Part shown: positions 26,701 to 38,700 of the stretch, one piece after another
How positions within the stretch are numbered: the stretch's first letter is position 1
How the letters are laid out: each line of letters starts with the position of its first letter
Assembly: GCF_037042905.1 (NCBI RefSeq)
Contig: NC_087251.1
Span: 48,610,001 to 48,674,000 of the forward strand
Source of the DNA: Lytechinus pictus
Lineage: Eukaryota
DNA length: 64,000 bases
Reading direction: 5' to 3'
Program-made: the position numbers and the translations under genes
The notes under the pieces: model-generated
Told to the model about the DNA's origin: nothing
The model's database searches: none
The model's input: the letters and a program-made list of their open reading frames with translations, nothing else

Positions 26701-29700
26701 TTTTATCATTTTGATTGTTGAAAAGATTAGGTGTTATATCCGAGTCCTCATTTGCCTCATGTCTGTATTACTGGACTAACTTTGTCGGCTAAGACCCAAA
26801 ATACACCCAAATCGTTCACTTTTTGAAGAAAGCGTGAAACTTTGCACATAATATCTATGATAATTAGGGATCATTAAAAAAAATGGATCCAAAAAAATAG
26901 CGCCCTCTGGCGGCCGCCATTTTGAATTCCAATATGGCCGCCAAAATTTTAACACCAGCGTACAAAATAGCTTATAACTTTCTTGTAAAACATGTTTTAA
27001 ACATGTATGAGGTATGGATTTAAAGAAAATTAAATTCTTAGCATAATGGAACCAATTAAGATTTTTTTAAAATTTTCGTTTCTATTGATAATGGGAGTAA
27101 AACCTATTTGTTTTACATTTTTTCTGAAAATTGCAGATTTACCATGAGATTCAAAATTCTATCAAATGATCATTATTCAACTAAATGTCATCAAATAAAT
27201 TAAAAAAAATATCCTCAAGTATGCTGAATAGATTGTGAAAAGTTGGTGATTATTACACTTTTTACCAAAAAGTTATAACCCTTGAAAGAGAGTAATGACA
27301 AGTTCTTCAGAATCACAAAAGTGAATAAGACATGCGCCCTCTGTTGTGGAGATATGGACAGCTGCTTCATTCTGGTTGGTCAAAAGTTTTGTTCATCTAT
27401 TGACATCTCTTGGCAGGCTACTCTGGTAAGTCTCTGCTAAGTTTAGCATTAACTCATGTAGAAAATGATATTTCAATGCTGTAGTTGTTATGAAACAATA
27501 CATTTTTATCAAGATAAATGCATATATTTCCAATATTTTTCATGTTAAATAGTTGTACTGTTCACCAGTCCCATCCAGTCAAAATCATGTCGGGTTGACA
27601 GAAGTGATGTTTGCACGTATGCCTAGATTTACATCGACCTGTAGGTCTACAAATATAGATCTATGATCATTCAGAAGAGTTTTTAACAGTCAAATGAAGT
27701 TGTATACATGCAGTCTCCACTGGTAATTTTGAAGAGAATTAAAATGTTGAGTCATCATAGATTTTTGTGATCTTTCAATTAGGCCTAAGCCTAAAGCCCT
27801 AAGCCTAAGGTAGTCTAGCCTAGCCTCGAATTCGGGATCATTAGGCCGAAGCCAGGATAGGATCCAGGCATAATATGGTATCATAGATTTCACTGAAATT
27901 GTGAATTCAAGAAAGGATTCACTAGAATACAACTATTATTGTCTCCTTTATAGAATAAATGTGGTGTAAAGTAATCAAAAGCATGTATATCTAAACTTAG
28001 TCTAGACCTACATCATTACCATAATGTTGTCTTGTAGACCTTGACTGAAAAAGCAATGGAGTTAATTCATTAAAGATAATTTAAGATCAATGCACAGCGT
28101 ATTTGAATATCATTCTTTTTGTTTATAAATATAAAAAAGTAGAAAATGTACCTACTCTAATCCATTCAGGACAGGAATGGTGTTGCAGCAGAGGCAATTG
28201 CCATTCCTTCCTCAAGTTGGCAACAATAGAAATTTCAATTCTCTTTCTAGAATACAGTGTAGACTATACCTAGTTCTTGAATGTCCGGACAGGTTGGGTA
28301 TCCAAACAATTTTAGTATTCTAATTTCAACAAGATGGCATTAATTATTTTATGAATTTCTTGAGAATTAATACTAGTATTATTCAAAATGAGATATATTC
28401 ATGATATTTTCTATTATCGGGTGCATCATTTTGGCAAAATTGAAAATAAAAACTAGACAATTTATTTTTGTTAAGCCTCTGGACACCCAACCCACATTCT
28501 TTTAATGCAATGGTACCCAGTTTGGTCTCCATTTCAGAAAAGCTTAAGAAGTTTATGAACATTTTTTTTCTCTCTTTCTGTTCATCAGATAGTGAAGAAG
28601 ACATACACCCTCTCTTCCAAAGACATGGACTTCTGGTTGGACACAATTAGGTAAGTTTAGCATTCATTCATCATAATGGTATCTTAAAGAAGATGCATAA
28701 GAGAAACAAAGAACAGTTGGGTATGATATATTTTCTTGAAATGGGGGGGGGGGGGGGAAGGGGGGAGGGTTTGATTAATCTAATATTGCATTCCATAAAG
28801 ATATTTTTGTATTCTTCGTCGTAATTGTGACAGGGCTTGTGTGAAATACAGCCTGTCATGATACACCACAAGATGGTCACCGTGCATTACACTATGATTA
28901 TATCGTATTTGCAGGGCTGTCAACATGGCGTGAGACATTTGAAGCTTAAGGCAATATTTTAGCTGCTAAGGTAGTACTTCAGCAAATAAATACAGAATAT
29001 AAACAATAGAATAAAGCCAAGAACTTTCCAACCAGCTGTATTAGCTGATACAAATGCCTTTATTCTTTAAAAATAAGCCATCCAAAAAGCTGCAGCAGCT
29101 GAAATAAATGCCTTTGTTATTTAAAAATAAGTTATTTCAAAATAAAACAAAGATCCCTGCCAATACACCCAGTAATAAAGAGAATTATTTTGACACTCAA
29201 ACGAATACTTTTTTAAGCAATAGATATCATTGTCTAATGAACAAAATATTTGATTCAGCTGTTGGAAGTATGCTTCATCTTTTTCATTCAAATCATTGTG
29301 TAAATTTTGTTTTAGTTGCCTGTTTCACCGTGCCAAGTAATATTTAAAATGTCTCACGCAGTGTTGGCAGCACTGCATTTGGCTAAAACCTTCATTGAGA
29401 AGTTTTTAACACTTTTTGCTATATTCTTACAAGTCTTTCACCATGATTATTGCTTATCGCTTTATCATAAGCCATTTCTTTTTTTTTTTTCCAGGATCAA
29501 GAGGAAGATAATCAGGGTTGAGAATAGCAACAGTTAGCAAGTGTGCCGATGTGCAGATGCTACCCACAGTCCAGCAGCACTTGTGTGATGCATGATGTCG
29601 AAGCTGTTCAGACTAGTAAAGCCTGGCGAAATGGCTGAAGTAAAGCGGCCGCCATTGGACTGGACCCTCTGCATTCTCTGTCAAGAGAAATCGTCTGAAT

Positions 29701-32700
29701 ATCTTACCCAGCCTTGGAAGGGTAGGGGGCGAGGGAATCATAAAGCTAAAGGGACAAGTTATCAGTCTTTCGCAACAAATCTGTTAAAATTTAAAGAACT
29801 AGGCAAAGTTCCTTTGAATGTTGTTCCTGAACAATTAGACGATGGGTCTGGCATTGAAGAGACATTACAAACGAACAAAGCAATGTGGCATAAGACTTGC
29901 CGGAATATGTTCAGTGACATGAGATTGGATCGGCAAATAGAAAAGCGTGAACTAGAACCAGACAATGGTATCAGCTGCAGCAGCAGAGTTAAAGTGAGAC
30001 GGACTAGTGTTCAAGACTACCATTCCACTGGACAGAAACAAGCTCTTTGCTTTTTCTGTGATAAAGAAGCTGGAACTGCAGGACTGCATGATGTTACAAC
30101 AACTGGGATAGACCAGACAGTTCGAAAGTATGCCACAGAGCTTCAAGATACAAGACTCCTTGCTAAATTGGCCCCAGGTGATATGATAGCACTGGATGCA
30201 AAGTATCACAAGACTTGCCTGTCGGATCTATACAACAGGTGAGTTGATTTATGAGAAATTGGTGTGAGGGGCGACCTATGATGATGTTTCATTGCAACAT
30301 GACATATAAGTAAAGGATTATGGAGAGTTTTAAATGTTGATAGCTGCCTAGATTGACAAAAAGTAGACACTGCCCACAAATCATGTGCCATGTTTTTATA
30401 TCTCTATGGTTGTAGTATTTTGGTGGGAAGAATAATGATTTCAAATTAACTTTCAAACAGTTAAATATAATAATACAAAGTTTACGATCATAGGAAAAGT
30501 GCATATCAGATTTTTTTTTTTTTTTCACAGACCAAAATGTTCAAATCTACTAACACTAACTGCACTCACATATTTGCAAATAACTAATGGTCAAATAGCA
30601 ACCTTCCAGAAAATTAGTAAAAAGTTTTCCTCAAATCTTTTGTTTCATACCAGGCTTTATATCGTTTGATGCTGATACATGCCGTCGATCGGCTGATAAA
30701 ACCTTGTATCTCAAATTTTTGTGAAAATGATTTTTTTTTTAAATATAAATGGGCATTTTCACCACAGATGGACACAGAGGCAAAAAAATCAAGTTGATAT
30801 TCATGTCAAATGCTTTATGTTTTTGACCTGAAGTTTCTGAGACAAATTTTTTTTCCAACTCTGGCAGCCATTTTTTATTTCAAAATGGCTGCCAAAGTAT
30901 GGATACAAATTAGTGTTGAAAATAGTATATTGATACATATTTTGTTTTGACAGATTTTTAAAGAACAGGTTTGATCATGATGTTTTGGCCTGTGATTTAG
31001 CTTGCTATTATAACAATTTTTAAAATCACACAGAAAGAAACACCAGTAATTCATTCATCTGATAAAAAAACATTGATGAAGTATGTGATATGGTATGTAA
31101 TGTCAGTTACCGAAAACATGAACTTTTTTTTCTCATTTCCTGGAAAAGAGGATATATTATAGGAAACTTGGTAGATTTCCTCTCTAGGTAACACCCCTCC
31201 CTTCTACACCAAAATTAAAGATTACCAATTAACAATGAAGCCATAGGGTACCATTAAATATATGTAATGTCAGTTACCAAGTGGAAAATGTAATGTCAGT
31301 TACCGAGATGTAATGTCAGTTACCATGATAAAACGTTGGTTACCAATATTGAAATGCAAATATGTGGCCAATTTTATGGTGAAGAAATATTGTATACTTG
31401 TTATTTAAGTCTTTCACTTTAAAAGTCACACCAGAAGGAGCTTGCTATTGACTTTTAAAAGGTATAGTTCACAAGGAATACTATATGAAATTATGAAGGA
31501 AGTTGCATTCCCATCGTGCAAAAAAAAATTACTATAAAATTGTTGTGTACATGCACTTACCAAGTACCTAATTGTTTGTATCAGACAATTTTTTGTTTGG
31601 TTTTCGGGGGGGGGGGGGTAGGGGGTACTTTTCCCAACCTATTGCCTAAATCTGCAACATTTTTTAAGCTTAACATTGTGATGAAGGGGATTTCCAGGGT
31701 CCCTTTTTAGTTTCTAGGATTCTTTTGAGCATTGCCTCGCTAAAAGTAAAAGAATTGAAATCCGACAGATATGAACAAGCATTGCTTGCACTGACCAGAA
31801 TAGAAATCAATAAAACTACATGGCTGCATGAGATTCTGGGGAGGGGTACATGTAGCCTAGGGGAGGAGACCCTTATTCATTTTGCCTTTTTTGAGGGGAG
31901 GGGGAGGTTGGAGAAGGAAAAGGTTTAAAAAGTCAATATAAAACTGATGAATATATTATGGGTGTATAGTCAGAAAAATCCATGTGTACAGTCAATGCAA
32001 TATTAAATTACTATAGGAAAACATGTAGCTGCTATGACCCCACCCCCCCCCCCCCCGAGTAAGTAAAACATACATTTCTTATCTTTTGATAACTAAAAAT
32101 GTGAAGTATTATGAAACTTTCATGATTTTAAAAAGCCTTACATATAAGTACCAAGAAAATTATGCCTTTGAAAATCATATAGCACTGGTAAATGTTAATG
32201 TGTATTGTCAGTTACCGACAAGTAATGATAAAAATGTTCAAATCAAAGAAAGGAATTAAGAAAAAGAATTTTTTTTTTCATTGAAATGTTCCTAAAAACT
32301 TGGGTATACTTCCACATCAAGCTCACTTTCATGTGAAGCCCTGCACAGAAGATACAATGCAATGATTCCACACATTTGACTTCCATGTGTTATCTCTATG
32401 GCAAATTGAGTGTAATGTCAGTTACCGTAATGTCAGTTACCAGCATGGTTGTGGAAAAATTATCATAGTCCCCAAAAGACAAAAACAAAATTTTTAATAT
32501 TTTGACACATCTTAAAGGAGAATGAAACCCTTGAAACCAGCTGAATCCATATCAAAGAGAAAAATCAAAGAAACATATTGTTGAAAGTTTGAGGAAGATT
32601 GAATGAATAATAAGAAAGTTATGAGCATTCGAATATTGAGATCACTAGTGCCATGTAGATCCTCCCAACGGCAATGCGACCAAGATCTGTGATATCACAC

Positions 32701-35700
32701 ACGTACAACTCCCTCATTACTTTAGTACTTATTTCACTTATATTCTCACTTTTATAGAGTCTATCACAAGGTGAGGTGTTCTCTTTATGAGAGGACAAGT
32801 ACAGAGGTTTCACAACATTATATCATTGATGAATCGTTTGTCATATGATTAGAATGAGCAAAAAGAGATGTTTTGGGGTATATTTTCAGTGTCCAAATGG
32901 GAGAGTTGTACGTGTGTGACATCACAGATCTTGGTCGCATTGCCAATGGGAGGATCTCCATAGCATTAGTGATCTCGACATTCAAATGCTCATAACTCTT
33001 TTATTACTAGTCCTATTTTACTCAAAGTTTTGTTGATCTTATTCTTTGATTTTTCTGCTTTCACAAAAGCTAACTTGCTCCAAGAGTTTCATTCTCCTTT
33101 AACCTAGTAACGGAGGTATATTTACATATTCAAATTATTACTCTATCTACTCAGGGACATGAGATATTTCAATTTTAATGAACACCCTGAAATTGCATGT
33201 CCTTTTGCGTAATGTCAGTTACCGACACATTTTTGCTTGCTGATGCGTTAAAAAATGTGGTTACATAGGAAAACTTGGTATCAGAGTATACAGCAAGGTT
33301 CACTTTATTAACTCTATCAGAAGCAAACTCCCATTATTTGTTGTTTTAGAGATACACACAATGAAAGGTGTGAAAACATTGTGCCGTGTAATGTCAGTTA
33401 CCGTGAAAATGCCCAAATGTGATGTTTAAGGTATAATTCATCTCCTGAAAACCCCAGGAGTTGTATATCTTTAAAAAAACCTTGTATCTCAACTTTTTAT
33501 TCAAATTTGGCCAAATGCACAGACCTCGTAACTCCATTTCCCGCCTTCTAAATTATATTTAGTGCATTTCAACCACTTCACATAATCGAAATGATTAACA
33601 AACATTGTCTAAGGTTCAAATAACATTGCCTACACACATGGTTTCTTGAAAGGAAGATTATTTTCTTCGTTTTACAAAAAATTTCGGGTTTTTTGAGATA
33701 CGAGGTTTTAACAGCCCATGAACGTTAGGTACGCTGGGTTGATAAAACCTTGTATCTTAATTTTTTGTGAAATCACTCTTTTTCAGGTTAAAATTACTCT
33801 TTTTTGTTCATGAATGTGAAGTGTAAGGTGTAATTTACCTTCTAATAGTCATAACAAAGAATGATGAGTTGCATATTCTTATAAAATATATCAAATTTCA
33901 TAATTTGTACAAAAACCTCCTATCTCATTTTATGATTTTTTTTCTTGTGCCAAAACCTCGTAACTCATTATATCCCCTTCACAATTATATATTGCACGTT
34001 CCAACCATCTCATATTAATTCAATTATCAAACATAGTATTCAGTTCAAATAACATAGAATATTCACATAATTTCTTAAAATAAGAAAGTTTTTTCGCTCT
34101 CCTGAAAATTTTGCTTTTTTGAGATACGAGGTTTTATCAGCCCATCGACGAATTGCGTTATCGTATCAAAGATCTGTGTGGTGGTGATATTAGAATATGA
34201 TATCAAAATTTGCTTTTTTTCAGAGGAATATATAAAAGTATGTACCCTCCCAGCACAAAATTGCAAAATTCCTTTTGGTGCTTAGGCATCGATAAATAAA
34301 TGCATGTAAAATTGTGTGTTTGCTTTTGAATGTCTGTGTTATATTTATGATTTAATATAAATGAAACATTCTAAACTGATCGTGATACAAAATATAATTG
34401 AAAATAAATAAAATTTTATGAAATTCATAAGAATATTTAAATTCTGAACAGATATTTTACAAAATGTTTTGGACTTCAAACTTCCCATTAATTTACGTTT
34501 CACATTCTCTCTACAGGTATAAACGGGTGAGAAACACAAGACTTCAAGGCTCTTCTGACAGTCACGACTCGTCCCATAAAAGTATCGCACTTGCGGAGCT
34601 GATCTCTTACATTGATGAAAGGAGGATGGTTGGGCCTAGTGTTCCTGTCTTCCGTCTTGTCGACCTTGTCTCTGTGTACACAGAGTGCCTGGTGGAACTG
34701 AGTCCGGACAATACAGAGATAAAGGTCAATTCAACCCGTCTGAAAGAGCGGCTCCTATTGCATTGTCCATATCTGAAAGCTGTGAGGCAAGGAAGAGATG
34801 TTCTCCTGACATACGACACTGCAATCGGAGATGCCATCCAAATGACATGCTTTGATGATGATGATTCTGAAGCGCTACAACTGGCAAATGCAGCTTTAAT
34901 TATCAGGAAGCAACTTTTCTCCCAAGGCAGAAAATTCAATGGATCCTTGATAAATGATTCAGCTGAAAACACAGTTCCTAGCAGACAGCTGGCACTGGTC
35001 AATATGATCCTTGATGGTCCGAGTATCAAGTCGCAGACGCGAAAAGATGGTTTGTCGACACGAGCAGCTCGAACCATTAGTGAACTCATAATATTCAATA
35101 GCATACAGGGCAATCGTGTGAAGAAAGATGCAGTTCGACATAACGCTGACAGAGAGGTCCCTGTACCAACTTACATAGGCCTGAAAGTTCATGCGCAGAC
35201 ACGAAATCGTGAATTGATTGACAGCCTCCACAAGCATGGATTGGCAATATCATATGATCGGGTTCTCAAAATATCATCATCTATCGCAAATGGCATCATC
35301 AATCGCTTTGAGGAGAATGGAGTAGTCTGCCCGCCTCAGTTGAAGAAAGATCTTTTCACGACAGGACAGGTTGACAACATTGATCATAATCCCAGCGCAA
35401 CGACAGCAGTTGGCTCTTTTCATGGAACTGCCCATTCCTTGTGTCAGCACCCCACTGAGAACAATCAAGGAACAGATGCTGACCCGATAGGTCTCGTTGA
35501 CATGGAGACAGGCAAGCGAATCCATCCTCTTCCTCTGGCATACACAAACATCTTGCCTGCACCATCAATGCCGAAGGAATACAAAGCACCAGTGACGTAC
35601 GGACCAATGCGACCAGATAGGGACAAGTTTGATGAAGACCGCATTAATGAGAAAAAATGGCTTGAGAAGCAGTTATCTTTGATGGAAGAAGGAGACCTTT

Positions 35701-38700
35701 CGGTTGGTGATTTTGTGTCATGGGCTGCATACCATGCAAATATGCAGATGCAACATACATGTAAGCTGCCGACTACAATTGCACTGATGCCATTATTTCG
35801 TGAAGTATCACACTCATTTGCAACAATAATGCATTGCATGTATACCAACCAACAAGCAACACACTTGTTAAACCCAGGACAAACACCAGTATTGACGATG
35901 GACCAACCTTTGTATGCCCTTGGGAAACAGATCCAGTGGCGATTCCCAGAGCGCTATGGTGAAGACAAGTATGTGATGATGTTAGGCCCTCTTCATATCG
36001 AAATGGCTGTCTTGAAAATGCTTGGTGATTTGCTGGATATGACTGGTTGGAGTAATGCTATCGCCCAAGCAGGAGTTGCTACACAAGGGACAAGGGATAG
36101 TTTCATTCATGCATCACATGTAGCACGGACAAGGAGAGCCCATCAAATTACTGCTTCTTCACTGTACATTCTCCAAAGGCAATCTTTCAGGAAGGAAAAA
36201 GAATCAGCCATCCATCAGTATCCTGTTGCCGAGGAGAGCTTCACAGAATGGTGTGAGCAGCGAAGCAAGTTCTACCCTATGTTTCGATTTTGGAGCACAG
36301 TGCTTGATCTAGAACTGACTTTGTTGGCATTTGTGCGATCGATTCGGACATCAAATTTTGAGTTGTACGCGCAGACATTGTCTCAACTAGCTCCATGGTT
36401 CTTTGCGCTAGACCATATCCACTATGCCCGTTGGATCCCTGTACACATTAAGGACATGGCAAGACTTGCCAAGCAGTGCCCAGATGTACATGAACACTTC
36501 ATGCGTGGTGCATTCACATCAAACAAAACTGGGAATCTATACTCTGCAATTGGTTTGGATCACGCGCATGAGCAGGTGAATGCTCAAGTCAAGGGTAACG
36601 GAGGAGCCATCGGTCTGACAGAAGATCCAGGTGCCCTACGACGATGGATGGTGGCAGGGCCGCATCTAGCCATGGTCATTGAAGAGTATGAGAGCAGTGC
36701 TGACAAGTCACCTGTGGATACTAATCCAAAGCATCATGAACAGAGTCCATCGGCGCAAAAATCCTTTGCTGATGATGTGCGATCCCTTGTTGCTGTAATG
36801 GATGAGTTGGGGAATCCATTCATGGATCGTTCAAAGGAATTGGTAACAATAGATTCACAAGAAGTCATGCCGCAGAAAGTTGTGGAGGGTATGGAGCAAG
36901 TTCACACCCTGGGAGAGAAGAAGTATGAAACCTTCATCGAGGAACGCCTCTTGAAAAACGAAACACCCATCAGTGCACCCATCAAACGAAATTCACTTCC
37001 ACTTTTCCGCAATCGAAAGCATGTGGGTCCATCCAAGGAAAAGCAGACAATAATAGATCTGAAGAGCGACTGCGCATTGTTCTCACGACTATACATTGCC
37101 AGTCAGACAAGAGGAGGTGACATCAAAGAGTTCTTCAAGCATGAAAACCAAAAATATCCCCCATCACTTTCTTCGTCTGGAACACTTAAACAAGGAACCA
37201 AATCAGATCTGGTTAGATTGCTAGAGACTCTCCTCAATACTCCGTCAGCTGTCACAAACACTCCATCTACAGATGTGACAATCCTTGATGGTGCGGCGCT
37301 TGTGCATCTGATTCCAGTAAAGGAATAAAAACCTTTGCTGAATATGCACAGGAAGTATTCATCCCGCACATCTTGTTTGAACTTGGAAAGGTCAAGCGGG
37401 TTGATCTTGTTTGGGACGTGTATCTCAAGAACAGTTTAAAGCTTTCAACAAGAGCAAACAGAGGTACAGGCACAAGGAAGAGGGTGTCTGGTAATGTGAA
37501 GCTTCCAGGGAACTGGAAAAACTTCTTGCGGAATGATAACAATAAGGATGAACTCTTCCAATTCCTAGGACAACAATGTGTTTCCAAGGACACAGGTGAC
37601 AAGGTCATCATTTCCACCCTACTGGACTCTGTTGTCACCTCTAGAGAGGATTACACCACAGATGGACTTCAACCATGCTCGCATGAAGAAGCAGATACGC
37701 GTATCCTTCTTCATGTCAAAGATGCTATGAACTGCGGGTTCAAGAGAGCAATGATACGAACTGTTGATACTGATGTTGTTGTGCTCGCTCTTGCCCATTT
37801 CCAGGACTTGCCAGACATCGAGCAACTCTGGATAGCTTTTGGAACTGGCAAGGATTTCAGGTACATTCCAATCCATGAGATTGCCCATGCAATATCCCCA
37901 GAGATGGCCAAAGGATTGCTTTTCTTTCACGCATTCACTGGATGTGATGTAACATCCTACTTCGCCAACCACGGGAAGAAATCTGCATGGAAAACTTTGC
38001 TTGCATGGCCAGATATCACCAACACGTTTGTTGCACTGTCACGGCCGTGTACAGCACAACTACCAGATGAAGTTGTTCTAGAACTTGAACGATTCGTTGT
38101 CCTGATGTACTGCCGGACCAGTGATGAGACTCGTGTCAATGAAGCCAGAATGGAACTTTTCGCAAAAATGAAAAGAAACATTGAGAACATCCCTCCCACA
38201 AGAGCTGTCTTAGAACAACACATCAAGCGATCAGCTTACCAGTCAGGCCATGTGTGGGGACAATCACTTGAAATACAACCTCAAATTCCTGATGTCACTG
38301 AATGGGGGTGGGAATCGACCGAATCAGATGGTTTTGTTCCTAAGTGGTCCACCTTGCCCATCGCCGAAGCAGCTTGTCTTGAATTAATTTCCTGTAACTG
38401 CATCAAATCTTGCAAGGGAAACTGCAAGTGCTTCAAGACAAAGCTGGAATGTACTGCACTTTGCAAATGTGGAGGGGTATGTTATAAGTAGGAGATCAGA
38501 ATAGATAAATGTGGACAGGACATCCTTATCCCTTATTTTTCATCTATACCACAAAAATCTCGACAAACATCTCATCAACAGTGCAGTTAATTGTTCGCTG
38601 ATTATTGGATCCTCTGCAAGACACTCCAAGGTTAGCCAACATCCTTACCTGGGAATCCAACTGTCTAACACTCTTATTTTGGGTATGTCAATGCCTAATG

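Larger units (their letters stand above)
30683..34150. mobile_element. TIR-bounded non-autonomous element inside the Academ intron
   Basis: Inverted termini CGTCGATCGGCTGATAAAACCTTGTATCTCAAA (30683) and TTTGAGATACGAGGTTTTATCAGCCCATCGACG (ends 34150). The AAAACCTYGTATCT motif recurs internally at about 33476-33760. Exact ends and TSD unclear. Confidence 0.5.

Noticed and set aside
34607..38466. Multiple minus-strand ORFs over the transposase
   Set aside because: Antisense shadows of a long coding sequence, with no motifs.
37373..38491. Host FEN1/XPG/Asteroid repair nuclease gene
   Set aside because: It is the frameshifted continuation of the transposase ORF and lies within the TIRs.
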